Assembly (NCBI GenBank): GCA_041662625.1
Contig: JBAZSB010000001.1
Location: forward strand, 855,710 to 919,709
Reading direction: 5' to 3'
DNA: 64,000 bases
Origin: Patescibacteria group bacterium
GTDB taxonomy: Bacteria; Patescibacteriota; Patescibacteriia; Buchananbacterales; UBA6539
In this document: positions 18,847 through 28,479 of the stretch, piece after piece
Layout of the letters: each line of letters starts with the position of its first letter
Numbering within the stretch: position 1 is the first letter of the stretch
Made by a program: the position numbers and the translations under genes
Notes under the pieces: generated by a model
What the model saw: the letters and a program-made list of their open reading frames with translations, nothing else
Told to the model about the DNA's origin: nothing
The model's database searches: none

Positions 18847-21072
18847 ATGATTAAATGGGTTAATTTTTTACATATCTACCAGCCGCCCTACCAAGAACTG
18901 GGATTAATCCAAACTATCGCCCGCGAAAGTTATTGGCCGCTGATTGAAACTTTGAAAGGGAACAAAGAAGCTAAAATTACCTTAAACTTTTCCGGCTGTC
19001 TTTTGGAACACTTGCATAATGTCGGCGAAGAAAAATTAATCGAGGAATTTAAAAATCTGGTGGCGGCTAATCAAATTGAATTAGTCGGTTCCGCCCGCTA
19101 CCACCCAATCCTGCCGCTTCTGCCGACCAAAGAAATTAAAAGGCAAATTTTTCTTAATGAACAGATTTTAAAACGGGATTTTGACCAATACTACAAACCG
19201 ACTGGCTTTTTTCTGCCGGAGATGGCCTATAGCTTAAAAGTAGCAAAAATCATCAAAGAGTTGGGTTATAAATGGATAATTATTGACGAAATCGCTTACC
19301 AGGGACAATTGGGTCTGGTTGATTTTAATCATAAATATAGAATTAAAGGGGTGGGGTTAAACGTGGTTTTTCGCAACCGCAGTATTTCTAAAACTTTCGT
19401 GCCGGAAAAAATTATTGAATTGGCCAAAAAAAGCAACCCACCGGCTTACATTGTTTCCGCCACTGACGGCGAAATGTACGGCCATCACCATCATGATGGT
19501 CAAAATCTTTTTGAGGAAGCCTTAAAAAATCCTCAGATAAAAACTTTAACCATATCAGAATATCTTAATTCATTACCGGCCAAATCAGAACTGATTAATC
19601 CCCTCAGTTCCTCTTGGGAAAGTATACCCCAGGAGCTGAAAAGAAAATTGCCTTTTGCCCTCTGGCAGGACCCAAAAAATAAAATTCACCAAAATCTCTG
19701 GGAACTGAGAAAAATTGCCATTCGCTTAATAAACAAAAGTAAAGAAGAAGGGACTAATTATGATTGGGCAAGACATCATCTTGATCGCGGACTAGCCAGT
19801 TGCGCTTGGTGGTGGGCGGCGGATAAAAAATTGGATATTTTCAATTTTGTAACTTGGAATCCCGATACCATCGAAAAAGGAATTAGGGAATTAATTTCGA
19901 GTATCCGGTCATTAAAAAATGTCTCCCAGAAAACTAAGTTAAAAGCCGAAAAATACTACCATCTTCTGATTAAAGAAATCTGGAAAAAACACTGGAAAAA
20001 ATACCACAAAACCCAAACCGCAGAAACAAAAATGCCAGCGGAAATCAGACGAGGGCTTTCTTTATTAAATCAAAATTCCTTGATTGAACTTTTTCAAAAA
20101 AAATTACCGCCTGAACTGATCGGCAACGAAAAAATCGACTATATCGCCATTAAAGTCTTCAAAGAAAAAATTGGCCGGACCTCTTTTTATCACATTGTCG
20201 GCCGCTACCGCCTCCACTTCAAAAATAATAAAATTAAGCCGCTGACTATTTTTTGTAATGCCAATTCCAAAGAATCGCGCCAAGGCGCTTTTTTGGCCAT
20301 GCAATATCTTTGGGAAAATAATTCCTCCTGGGGCAGGCTAAAATCACCCCGGCCACTTTTTTATAATAAAAAACTGAAAGCCATGTTTTATCTTGAGGCT
20401 TCAGGCAAAAATCTTTACCATTATCTGATTAACCCGCAGACTGAATTCAAAAAACTGGAGCATATCGTTGAACTGACGGCTCGATGGCTTGGCCGTCTTC
20501 ATTCCCTGCCCACAATCGGAATTATCAATTTCAATCCAATCCAAAGCAAAGTGGCAACGGTTTTGCCCGGACCAAAAAAATTCCTAAAAATTATTGAGGA
20601 AAAACATTCCCAATACCCAAAATATTACCAATGGACCAATGAGCTATTCAATAAAATCAACGAGCTGGAGAAAAAAAATAAGAACAAAAGAAAATATATT
20701 ATCCACGGCGATATCCATCCGGAGAACGTCGTCTATAATGAAAATAAAGATACTTTATACCTGATCGATTATACGGACTGCTGCCTGGCAGATTTCACCC
20801 GCGACTTAGGCAATTTCCACCAGCAATTAGGCTATATGGCTCAAAATCATCTAACGCCGGAGCAAATTGAACAGCTCCAAAAAGTATTTCTTGATTCTTA
20901 CCTCCGGGCCAGAAATATGAAACTTTCCGCTCAAGATAAAAAGAATTTTGAATTATACAAAGCCTGGACGGCTTTACGTAGCGCCATTTTCTTTTTAACC
21001 ATCCCGATGTTTGATCGGCCCCGGGCCGACGCTTTATTCATTGAAGCCCGCGCTTATCTGAAAAAAACATAA
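18847..21072 (+). CDS. GH57-family alpha-glucan enzyme fused to a C-terminal APH/Mak-like phosphotransferase domain
   Basis: N-terminal LHIYQPPYQ and GFFLPEMAY (GH57 HQP and G-x-WLPE motifs). C-terminal IIHGDIHPENVV and LIDYTDCCLADFTRDLGNF (protein-kinase-like phosphotransferase motifs). Confidence 0.6.
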   Translation: MIKWVNFLHIYQPPYQELGLIQTIARESYWPLIETLKGNKEAKITLNFSGCLLEHLHNVGEEKLIEEFKNLVAANQIELVGSARYHPILPLLPTKEIKRQIFLNEQILKRDFDQYYKPTGFFLPEMAYSLKVAKIIKELGYKWIIIDEIAYQGQLGLVDFNHKYRIKGVGLNVVFRNRSISKTFVPEKIIELAKKSNPPAYIVSATDGEMYGHHHHDGQNLFEEALKNPQIKTLTISEYLNSLPAKSELINPLSSSWESIPQELKRKLPFALWQDPKNKIHQNLWELRKIAIRLINKSKEEGTNYDWARHHLDRGLASCAWWWAADKKLDIFNFVTWNPDTIEKGIRELISSIRSLKNVSQKTKLKAEKYYHLLIKEIWKKHWKKYHKTQTAETKMPAEIRRGLSLLNQNSLIELFQKKLPPELIGNEKIDYIAIKVFKEKIGRTSFYHIVGRYRLHFKNNKIKPLTIFCNANSKESRQGAFLAMQYLWENNSSWGRLKSPRPLFYNKKLKAMFYLEASGKNLYHYLINPQTEFKKLEHIVELTARWLGRLHSLPTIGIINFNPIQSKVATVLPGPKKFLKIIEEKHSQYPKYYQWTNELFNKINELEKKNKNKRKYIIHGDIHPENVVYNENKDTLYLIDYTDCCLADFTRDLGNFHQQLGYMAQNHLTPEQIEQLQKVFLDSYLRARNMKLSAQDKKNFELYKAWTALRSAIFFLTIPMFDRPRADALFIEARAYLKKT

Positions 21073-21075
21073 GTT

Positions 21076-22095
21076 ATGAAAATCGCTCACCTCCATGTCT
21101 GGGATAAAAAAAATAAAGGTGACCAAAGTATTGTTTTAGCGGTTCAACAATTGCTAAAAAAACACTTAGCCGGGGTTGAAATTATTGATTTGCCCCTGGA
21201 AGTTCTGCGCGACGGGAAAACCAAAGATTTTAAAAGAATTAACCAAGCTGATTTAGTTGTTATTGGCGGCGGCGGGATTTACTACCGCTGGTTTTTGCCT
21301 TTTGACCCAAAAAAAATCAGCCAAATTAAGCCGCCGATTGTTATTTTCGGCGTTGGCTATATCCGCGAAATCGGTTCACCGCCTTTAACTAAAAAAGAGA
21401 TTGAAAGTATTGCTTTTTTGAACCAAAAAGCCGTTTTAAGCTCGGTTCGCGATTATTACACCAAAAAATTTTTGCTTAAAGCCGGAGTAAGACCAAAAAA
21501 AATCCAAGTAATCGGCGATCCCGCCATTTTTTTGACCGAAACTAAACCACCAAAAATCAACTTAAGTAATCGCCCAAAAATCGGTCTTAATCTCAATTAT
21601 TCCGGCTGGCTGGGCTTTGGCCGCTACGAAAAAGATATCATCCGTTCCTACAATGAAACCGGCAATTACTTTCAGAAAAAATACGGGGCGGAGATTTATT
21701 ATCTCCAGCATCACCCGGATGAAAAAAAGATCAGGCCAAAACTCCTAATCCCCCACTTACATTTAATTAACTACTCGGTTGAGCAGCAAAAGTATATTTA
21801 TGGTAAAATGGATTTAGTGATTGGGATGATGCTTCATTCAGCCGTCTTAGCCTTCGGAGCCGGAACCCCAGAAATTAATGTGGCCTATGATTTGCGGAAT
21901 CGCAGTTTTGCCAATTTCATCGGCTGCCCGGATTTAGTAATTAGTTCCAAAAACCTCAAGGGTCAAGCCCTACTTAATAAAGCTAAATTAATTTTTAAAA
22001 ATCGCCAAAAATATCGCCAAAAATTCAAAAGCCGCAAGGAAAAAATTTGGCAAAAGCAGCAAAAATTTTTAAATCAAATGAAAAAATATGATTAA
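21076..22095 (+). CDS. Polysaccharide pyruvyl transferase family protein
   Basis: MKIAHLHVWDKKNKGDQSIVLAV and DLVVIGGGGI resemble the PS_pyruv_trans N-terminal and GGG motifs. Confidence 0.5.
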   Translation: MKIAHLHVWDKKNKGDQSIVLAVQQLLKKHLAGVEIIDLPLEVLRDGKTKDFKRINQADLVVIGGGGIYYRWFLPFDPKKISQIKPPIVIFGVGYIREIGSPPLTKKEIESIAFLNQKAVLSSVRDYYTKKFLLKAGVRPKKIQVIGDPAIFLTETKPPKINLSNRPKIGLNLNYSGWLGFGRYEKDIIRSYNETGNYFQKKYGAEIYYLQHHPDEKKIRPKLLIPHLHLINYSVEQQKYIYGKMDLVIGMMLHSAVLAFGAGTPEINVAYDLRNRSFANFIGCPDLVISSKNLKGQALLNKAKLIFKNRQKYRQKFKSRKEKIWQKQQKFLNQMKKYD

Positions 22096-23026
22096 ATCTG
22101 AACTTCGCAAAGACTATATCCAAGAAAAATATGTTATCATTGCCCCCAAACGCGGCAAACGGCCTCATGATGTTGAGCGGCCCGAACGGCTGGTACCATT
22201 AAAAAAACGAGAGTGCGTTTTTTGCCCGCAGCGGATTGATAAAGCCAGTAAAGTTCTACTCACTGTTTCACAAACTAAAGAAAAAAAAGAACCTTGGGCA
22301 ATAAAAGTGATTGCTAATAAATTCCCTTCCGTCAGTCGAGCTAACTCTAAAGCTTATGGCCAGCAAGAAGTGGTGATTGAAACTCCCGGCCACCAAGAAG
22401 AAATTGAGGATTTAAGCACGGCCCGGGTAGCCGAAATCCTCAAAGTCTATGCTGACCGAACCAAAGTAATTTCACAGGATAAAAAAATAAATTACATTTT
22501 AATTTTTAAAAATAATGGTGGTGCTGCCGGAGCATCGCTAATGCATGCCCACTCCCAAATTTTTGCCACCGAATTTCTCCCGCCTAACCTAAAAGATAAA
22601 TCCCAGCGGGTTCAGGAATATAAACTAAACCATGGCTCTTGTGTTTATTGCGACGTGATTAAAAAAGAAATAAAAGGACCCAGACGGGTATTTGAAGATA
22701 AAAATATGATTGCTTTTTGCCCTTGGGCACCAATGCATAACTACGAAATTTGGTTAATGCCTAAACGGCACTTAGATAATATCACGTTCTTGACTCCGGC
22801 CGAGCGGCTGAGTTTTGCCAAAATCCTAAAAAAGATTTTGAAGAAAATTAACCAACTGGACTTACCTTATAACTACTACTTCCATCAGGTAGTCAAAGAC
22901 CAGGACCAGCACTTGTATATAAAAATCACGCCGCGCGGCAGTGTCTGGGCCGGCGTAGAAATTGGTTCAGGATTAATTATCAACCCAGTTTCACCCGAAG
23001 AAGCCGCCAAGTTTTACCGGAAATAG
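22088..23026 (+). CDS. GalT-like hexose-1-phosphate uridylyltransferase (HIT superfamily)
   Basis: CVFCPQ zinc motif, MHAHSQIF (HxHxQ-type), and a second half with CVYCD. Confidence 0.6.
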   Translation: MIKSELRKDYIQEKYVIIAPKRGKRPHDVERPERLVPLKKRECVFCPQRIDKASKVLLTVSQTKEKKEPWAIKVIANKFPSVSRANSKAYGQQEVVIETPGHQEEIEDLSTARVAEILKVYADRTKVISQDKKINYILIFKNNGGAAGASLMHAHSQIFATEFLPPNLKDKSQRVQEYKLNHGSCVYCDVIKKEIKGPRRVFEDKNMIAFCPWAPMHNYEIWLMPKRHLDNITFLTPAERLSFAKILKKILKKINQLDLPYNYYFHQVVKDQDQHLYIKITPRGSVWAGVEIGSGLIINPVSPEEAAKFYRK

Positions 23027-23045
23027 GGTTATAGTAGATGAGCTA

Positions 23046-23071
23046 AAAAATCGCCTAAGAGGCGATTTTTT
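23046..23071 (+). terminator. Rho-independent terminator
   Basis: AAAATCGCC-taaga-GGCGATTTT followed by a T-run; a TATAAT box follows at 23074-23079 ahead of the ROK gene. Confidence 0.7.
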
Positions 23072-23088
23072 GATATAATGAGGATAAT

Positions 23089-23979
23089 ATGAACTACTAC
23101 ATTGGTGTGGATATTGGCGCCACAAAAATTGCTGCTGGTTTGATCTTGGGTGATAAAATCATTAAGCGGGCACAGCAAAAAACTGACGCTAAAAAGAGTA
23201 AGGCTCAGGTCTTGTCTAATATTGTTTCAGCTATTACTGAGGTTTACTTGCCAAAAGTTAAAGGTATTGGCGTTGGTATTGCTGGTGCAATTGACCCGCA
23301 AAATGGCATTGTTATTTCCAGCCCAAATTTCAACAAAAGTTTCAAAAATGTTGCTTTAGAAAATTACTTAGAGAAAAAATTTCATAAACCGGTCAGGCTT
23401 GAAAATGACACCCATTGTTTTACCTTGGGAGAAACCATTTACGGCCAAGCAAAAAAATATAAGCAAGTGATTGGTTTGACTTTAGGCACTGGCGTGGGTG
23501 GCGGCATTGTTCTGGATAAAAAGATTTATCACGGTAAAAATGGTCTGGCTGGAGAATTAGGCCACATGACCATTAAAGCCGGTGGCCTAACCTGCAGCTG
23601 TGGTCAAAAAGGACATTTAGAAATCTATGCTTCGGGCACCGCTATGGTTAAACTTTATGAGCAGCTAACCGGTCAAAAAAAAGATGCATTTTTTGTTGAA
23701 AAAAAGTTTCTGAAAAAGGATAAAAATGCCATCAAGGTCTGGCAAACTATGAGTGAAGCTTTAGCCACAGGTCTGGCAAATATCATTAACATTTTTAATC
23801 CGGAAATTATTATTTTAGGGGGCGGCTTATCCCGAGTTAATTCATTAGTGAACCCGGCAATTGAACTGGCAAGAAAAAAAGTAGTCTACCCCAAACTTAA
23901 TCAGACAAAAATTGTAATTAGTCGATTAAAAAGTGACGCCGCCCTTTTGGGTGCTGCCGCTTTATTTAAAAAGTTTTGA
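23089..23979 (+). CDS. ROK-family glucokinase
   Basis: YIGVDIGATKIAAGL, LGTGVGGGIV, GELGHMTI..CSCGQKGHLE (ROK zinc motif). Confidence 0.85.
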   Translation: MNYYIGVDIGATKIAAGLILGDKIIKRAQQKTDAKKSKAQVLSNIVSAITEVYLPKVKGIGVGIAGAIDPQNGIVISSPNFNKSFKNVALENYLEKKFHKPVRLENDTHCFTLGETIYGQAKKYKQVIGLTLGTGVGGGIVLDKKIYHGKNGLAGELGHMTIKAGGLTCSCGQKGHLEIYASGTAMVKLYEQLTGQKKDAFFVEKKFLKKDKNAIKVWQTMSEALATGLANIINIFNPEIIILGGGLSRVNSLVNPAIELARKKVVYPKLNQTKIVISRLKSDAALLGAAALFKKF

Positions 23980-23987
23980 GATATCAT

Positions 23988-26903
23988 ATGCCTATTCCTG
24001 GTTTATCGGTCAGAACTAAATCGCCTCAAGATTGGCGGAAGAAAAGTTATTTTCGCCGCCACTTGCCCAAGCGGGGTTTTGGTAAAAAACCAATTTTTAC
24101 CGGCCGCCGGAAAAAATTACCTGCCAATCTAGTTAAAGCTGGCTTAACTTTAGGTGCCTTTGGTATTGCCTTTTTTGGTATTGTCAGTATTATCATGTTG
24201 GCTTGGATTGCCCGCGATTTACCCAATCCCAACCGAATTATTGACCGCTCAATTGCTTTGAGCACCAAAATTTATGACCGCACCGGTGAAACTTTGCTTT
24301 ATGATGTCCATGGCGATGAAAAAAGAACTTTTGTCAGCTTAACTGATATCCCAGAGAGTTTGAAAGAGGCTACACTAACGGCGGAAGACCGAAAATTTTA
24401 TGAGCATGGCGGCATCAGTATTACCGGTATCATCCGGTCCGTCATAAAAAATACTTTAACCGGCAGTAAAGTTGGCGGTTCAACTTTAACCCAACAATTG
24501 GTGAAAAATGCGATTTTAAGTCCGGAGAAAAAATACACCCGGAAAATCAAAGAAGTGATTCTGTCTTACCAGATTGAAAAAAAATTCAGCAAAGATGAAA
24601 TTTTACAGATGTATTTCAATGAAATCCCTTATGGTTCAGTGGCGTATGGGGCCGAAGCCGCCAGCCAAACTTATTTTGGCAAAGGTGTCAAAGGCCTCAG
24701 CTTAGCCGAAACAGCAATTTTAGCCGCCCTGCCCCAGGCCCCGACGTATTATTCGCCTTATGGCGGTCATATTGATGCCTTATTTGCCCGGCAGCACTGG
24801 ATTTTGGACAGTATGGCTGAACTTGGTTATATCACCGAGCAAGAAGCTGAGTTGGCCAAGGCGGAAAAAGTTGAATTCAAGAAACGATCAGAAAACATGA
24901 TGGCTCCCCATTTTGTCATGTACGTTAAGGAATATTTAACCGAAAAATACGGCGACTTGGTGGTTGAACAAGAAGGTTTGCAAGTAATTACCACCCTTGA
25001 TCTATATAAACAAAAAATTGCCGAGGAAGCAGTGGCCGAAGCTATAGAAAAAAATGTTAAAAATTATAACGCCAATAATGCGGCACTGGTGGCCTTAGAC
25101 CCCAAGAACGGCCAAATTTTAGCCATGGTTGGTTCCAAAGACTATTTTGCTGATCCTGCCCCAGAAGGCTGCACTCCGGGCAAAGACTGCGTCTTTGATC
25201 CCCAGGTCAACGCCGTTACCAGCCTGCGCCAGCCCGGTTCTTCCTTTAAACCAATTGTCTATACCGCCGCTTTCAAAAAAGGCTATACCCCAACTACTAT
25301 CCTTTATGATGTAGTAACAAAATTTTTAAATTACGACGGCAGAGACTACGAACCGAAAAACTATGATTTGAAAGAACACGGCCCAGTTACGATGAGGCAG
25401 GCCCTACAGGGTTCTTTAAATATCCCGGCAGTAAAAACCATTTACTTAACCGGGGTTGATAATGTCATTGATTTAGCCGAAGACTTGGGTTACACCAGTT
25501 TCAGAGACCGCAGCCGTTTTGGTCTTTCTTTAGTTTTGGGTGGCGGCGAAGTTAAGCTTTTGGAACATACGAACGCCTATGCGACTTTAGCCCGCGAAGG
25601 CGAATGGCACCCGCCAGTAGCAATTTTAGAAGTTAAAGATAAAGACGGTAATATTTTGGAAGAATACAAAAACAAAGAAAAGAAAGTTTTAGCCACCCAA
25701 ACCGCCCGCCAAATTAATAATGTGCTAACTGATAATGCTAGTCGCGCTTTTATTTTTGGTGAAAGTAATTATTTAACTTTGGGTGGCCGGCCTGTTGCCG
25801 CCAAAACCGGTACCACGAATGATTATCATGATGCCTGGACTTTGGGCTACACTCCATCTTTGGCCGTTGGCGTCTGGGTGGGCAATAATAATAACAGTGA
25901 AATGAAACGGGGCGCCGACGGCAGTATTGTCGCGGCTCCAATTTGGCATACTTTTATGCAACGGGTTTTGGGTGATACTCCGGCTGAAGGTTTTAAAGAA
26001 CCGGACGCGGTCCAAACCGATAAACCGGTTTTAAACGGCAGTATTGCTGAAGGCGTAAAAGTTAAAATTGATAAAACTACCGGTTTACTGGCCACTAATC
26101 TCACCCCGGAAAGCCAGGTGGAAGAAAAAACTTTCCGCCAAGTCCATTGTATTCTTTATTACATCAACAAAGACGACCCGCAAGGTAATTCAGCACCTGA
26201 CCTGAATGACCCACAATATCCACGCTGGGAGGAAGCGGTCCAACGCTGGGCCAAGGAAAATAATATCGTGTCCGAAAACCCGCCAACTGAATATGATACC
26301 ACTCATACCACGGCTGATCAGCCAAAAATTGAAATTGTTGCACCCGACTCTAACCAAACCATTACCAGTCGGGATTTCAAAGCTACAGTTACCACTTCGG
26401 CTCCCCGCGGCGTAACCCGAGTTGAATATTACCTCAATGATCAATTGCTGAAAAATGTCACCACTTCCCCTTTCAATCTTGAGGTGTTCCTCGAAGACCC
26501 TGGTCTCCGCAGCGGGTTTTATACTCTGAAAGCAATTGCCTATGATGATGTTGATAATAATAAAAGCGACCAGATTGAATTAAATTTTCAGCTCAAAGCC
26601 CTGCCTGCCGTCTTAGACTGGGTTAAGCCAACTGATAACCAAGACATAAAGACGAAAGATTTTCCTTACCCAATCAAAGTTAATTTAAATAATTCTTCAA
26701 ACATTCAAAAAATTGACCTTTATTATGAAACTACAGACGGTCAGGCCAACTACATTAATACTGTCCGCCAATTTTCCGATAGTCAATTAAATACCCAGTG
26801 GCTTTCCCCTCCCCCGGCTGGCACTTACAAGCTCTACGCCGAAATCACCAATAACGACGGCTACACCTACCGCGGCGGGGAAATCACGGTGACGGTTAAA
26901 TAA
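23988..26903 (+). CDS. Class A penicillin-binding protein (GT51 transglycosylase plus transpeptidase) with a C-terminal Ig-like extension
   Basis: EDRKFYEHGGI (GT51), SSFKP, SLN, KTGT; TM anchor after a basic N-terminus. An in-frame ATG at 23988 is preferred over the TTG at 23976. Confidence 0.85.
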   Translation: MPIPGLSVRTKSPQDWRKKSYFRRHLPKRGFGKKPIFTGRRKKLPANLVKAGLTLGAFGIAFFGIVSIIMLAWIARDLPNPNRIIDRSIALSTKIYDRTGETLLYDVHGDEKRTFVSLTDIPESLKEATLTAEDRKFYEHGGISITGIIRSVIKNTLTGSKVGGSTLTQQLVKNAILSPEKKYTRKIKEVILSYQIEKKFSKDEILQMYFNEIPYGSVAYGAEAASQTYFGKGVKGLSLAETAILAALPQAPTYYSPYGGHIDALFARQHWILDSMAELGYITEQEAELAKAEKVEFKKRSENMMAPHFVMYVKEYLTEKYGDLVVEQEGLQVITTLDLYKQKIAEEAVAEAIEKNVKNYNANNAALVALDPKNGQILAMVGSKDYFADPAPEGCTPGKDCVFDPQVNAVTSLRQPGSSFKPIVYTAAFKKGYTPTTILYDVVTKFLNYDGRDYEPKNYDLKEHGPVTMRQALQGSLNIPAVKTIYLTGVDNVIDLAEDLGYTSFRDRSRFGLSLVLGGGEVKLLEHTNAYATLAREGEWHPPVAILEVKDKDGNILEEYKNKEKKVLATQTARQINNVLTDNASRAFIFGESNYLTLGGRPVAAKTGTTNDYHDAWTLGYTPSLAVGVWVGNNNNSEMKRGADGSIVAAPIWHTFMQRVLGDTPAEGFKEPDAVQTDKPVLNGSIAEGVKVKIDKTTGLLATNLTPESQVEEKTFRQVHCILYYINKDDPQGNSAPDLNDPQYPRWEEAVQRWAKENNIVSENPPTEYDTTHTTADQPKIEIVAPDSNQTITSRDFKATVTTSAPRGVTRVEYYLNDQLLKNVTTSPFNLEVFLEDPGLRSGFYTLKAIAYDDVDNNKSDQIELNFQLKALPAVLDWVKPTDNQDIKTKDFPYPIKVNLNNSSNIQKIDLYYETTDGQANYINTVRQFSDSQLNTQWLSPPPAGTYKLYAEITNNDGYTYRGGEITVTVK

Positions 26904-27021
26904 CTCGGGTATAAATGGGTTATAGTAAGCTATTTATTCAAAAAATATCTGGCATTTTAGCCAAAAAATCAACAGGTTCGTATAACCCTAGTTAGACGAA
27001 ATTTTTGGCCACTAACCAATC

Positions 27022-27738
27022 ATGGCAAACAAAATCATCAAAAAATATAAGGTAACAAAAAAAGGTCTTGGCGGTACTATAGACAGACTAGCTGATGATT
27101 TATTACCTTTTGTGGCCAATGGCACAATTATCAACGGCGGCAACTTCCAAATCAGAGAAGGCATCTATAAAACTCATTATCTCGCCACCGCTACTTTTGA
27201 GGCTGCAACTTTATTGTATAAAAAATCTAAGACAAAAAATAAAAAAGTAACTCTGTCTTTTCTGATTGATAACTTCAGCATCCGCAATAAGGGCTTTAAG
27301 ATGCCAAAAGAGTACCTGAAAATTCAAAAAAAGTATAACATCAACCCTAAAAAAATTTTATATTTTAAAGAAAACCAACTTAGAAACCGAGCAGCTAGGA
27401 TTTTACTTAAACAACTTACCAAAAAAGAAGTTAACCAAGGTAGTATATTCATAAAAAGTAAACTACCGAAACAAAAGTTTGAAGTCGCAAGAATACATAA
27501 AATGCTTAAAATTTTTACACCACTTGGAACAGCACTATTGGCTCAACAACTTTTTGATAGTGAAAAACAAGGAAATAAAGTTGCCGTCAATTTAATGCAT
27601 GAAGGTTCTTATGAATCTAAGGGTGGTGCCAATGCTTTTGTTTATCACTTACTTGGCGGCAAAATGAAAGTGTTAAATGTATACTTTAGAGAAAAGGCAA
27701 AAAAGATTGAAATTGAGGTTACTTTTCATGATAAATAA
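27022..27738 (+). CDS. Hypothetical protein
   Basis: 238-aa ORF, Lys-rich, no recognised motif. Confidence 0.3.
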   Translation: MANKIIKKYKVTKKGLGGTIDRLADDLLPFVANGTIINGGNFQIREGIYKTHYLATATFEAATLLYKKSKTKNKKVTLSFLIDNFSIRNKGFKMPKEYLKIQKKYNINPKKILYFKENQLRNRAARILLKQLTKKEVNQGSIFIKSKLPKQKFEVARIHKMLKIFTPLGTALLAQQLFDSEKQGNKVAVNLMHEGSYESKGGANAFVYHLLGGKMKVLNVYFREKAKKIEIEVTFHDK

Positions 27739-27759
27739 GTAGGCGGCCAAAAACTCCAT

Positions 27760-27895
27760 CTAACACGTTTTATGTGGCTCGCCCTTTATTAAGAAATTCA
27801 GCTCGCCTACATCGCTCGTTTGTTTGTGTGGTTGCGCATCCGCGCAATTGTACCACACCACAAACGTCACGACGTCACATAAAACGGTAACGTTA
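27760..27895. mobile_element. MITE-like inverted-repeat element, family B copy 1
   Basis: 5' CTAACACGTTTTATGTGG ... 3' CACATAAAACGGTAACGTTAG form terminal inverted repeats around an internal GC-rich stem. The element is shared with 28256-28425. Confidence 0.5.
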
Positions 27896-27978
27896 GGTGA
27901 AATTGACTTTCCTAACTTAAAGAAAAAAGCCCGCCGATCAGAGTCCGTCGAGCTTGTATAATTGCATGGTACGAAAAA

Positions 27979-28167
27979 TCAGCTAAATAGCTTAATGAGC
28001 AAAATCACAAATATGAACGTGGCTGACCCTACTCCAGCCAGAATGCCAGCCCATGCAGTCCAAGGATTACTTTTTCTGGCAATATAACCAAGACGGAACA
28101 TGAGAAGACTCGCAATCAACTCAAGAATCCATTGCCCGGTAGTCAATGGCAATAACTGATCTTCCAT
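27979..28167 (-). CDS. Small 2-TM membrane protein (62 aa), higher GC, strong SD
   Basis: AAGGAGGTG lies 7 nt upstream of the ATG. Two hydrophobic helices. Sits between two family-B repeat copies. Confidence 0.4.
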   Translation of the reverse strand: MEDQLLPLTTGQWILELIASLLMFRLGYIARKSNPWTAWAGILAGVGSATFIFVILLIKLFS

Positions 28168-28255
28168 CTCACACCTCCTTTACCATGTTGGTACTTAGCT
28201 GAAGTTAATCACAAAATACCACTCTTGTCAACTATAAAACGGAAGGTCAATATCA

Positions 28256-28425
28256 CCTAACACGTTTTATGTGGTTCCCCTCTCGACTCACTTAAATTAA
28301 CCTGAAACATCGCTCGAGGTTCACCCAAATCGCTTGTCGTCTTAGGTGGTTGACTCCGTCAGATTATACCACCACGACGACTGCGCGACGTCACATAAAC
28401 CGGTAACGTTGTCGGAAATTGGGTT
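28256..28425. mobile_element. MITE-like inverted-repeat element, family B copy 2
   Basis: Same termini as copy 1. The internal stem differs but keeps base-pairing (GTCGTCTTAGGTGGT / ACCACCACGACGAC). Confidence 0.5.
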
Positions 28426-28479
28426 GTTTTCCCCAACCACTATATACTATATAATCCACTTATAATTACTTAAATTGCT

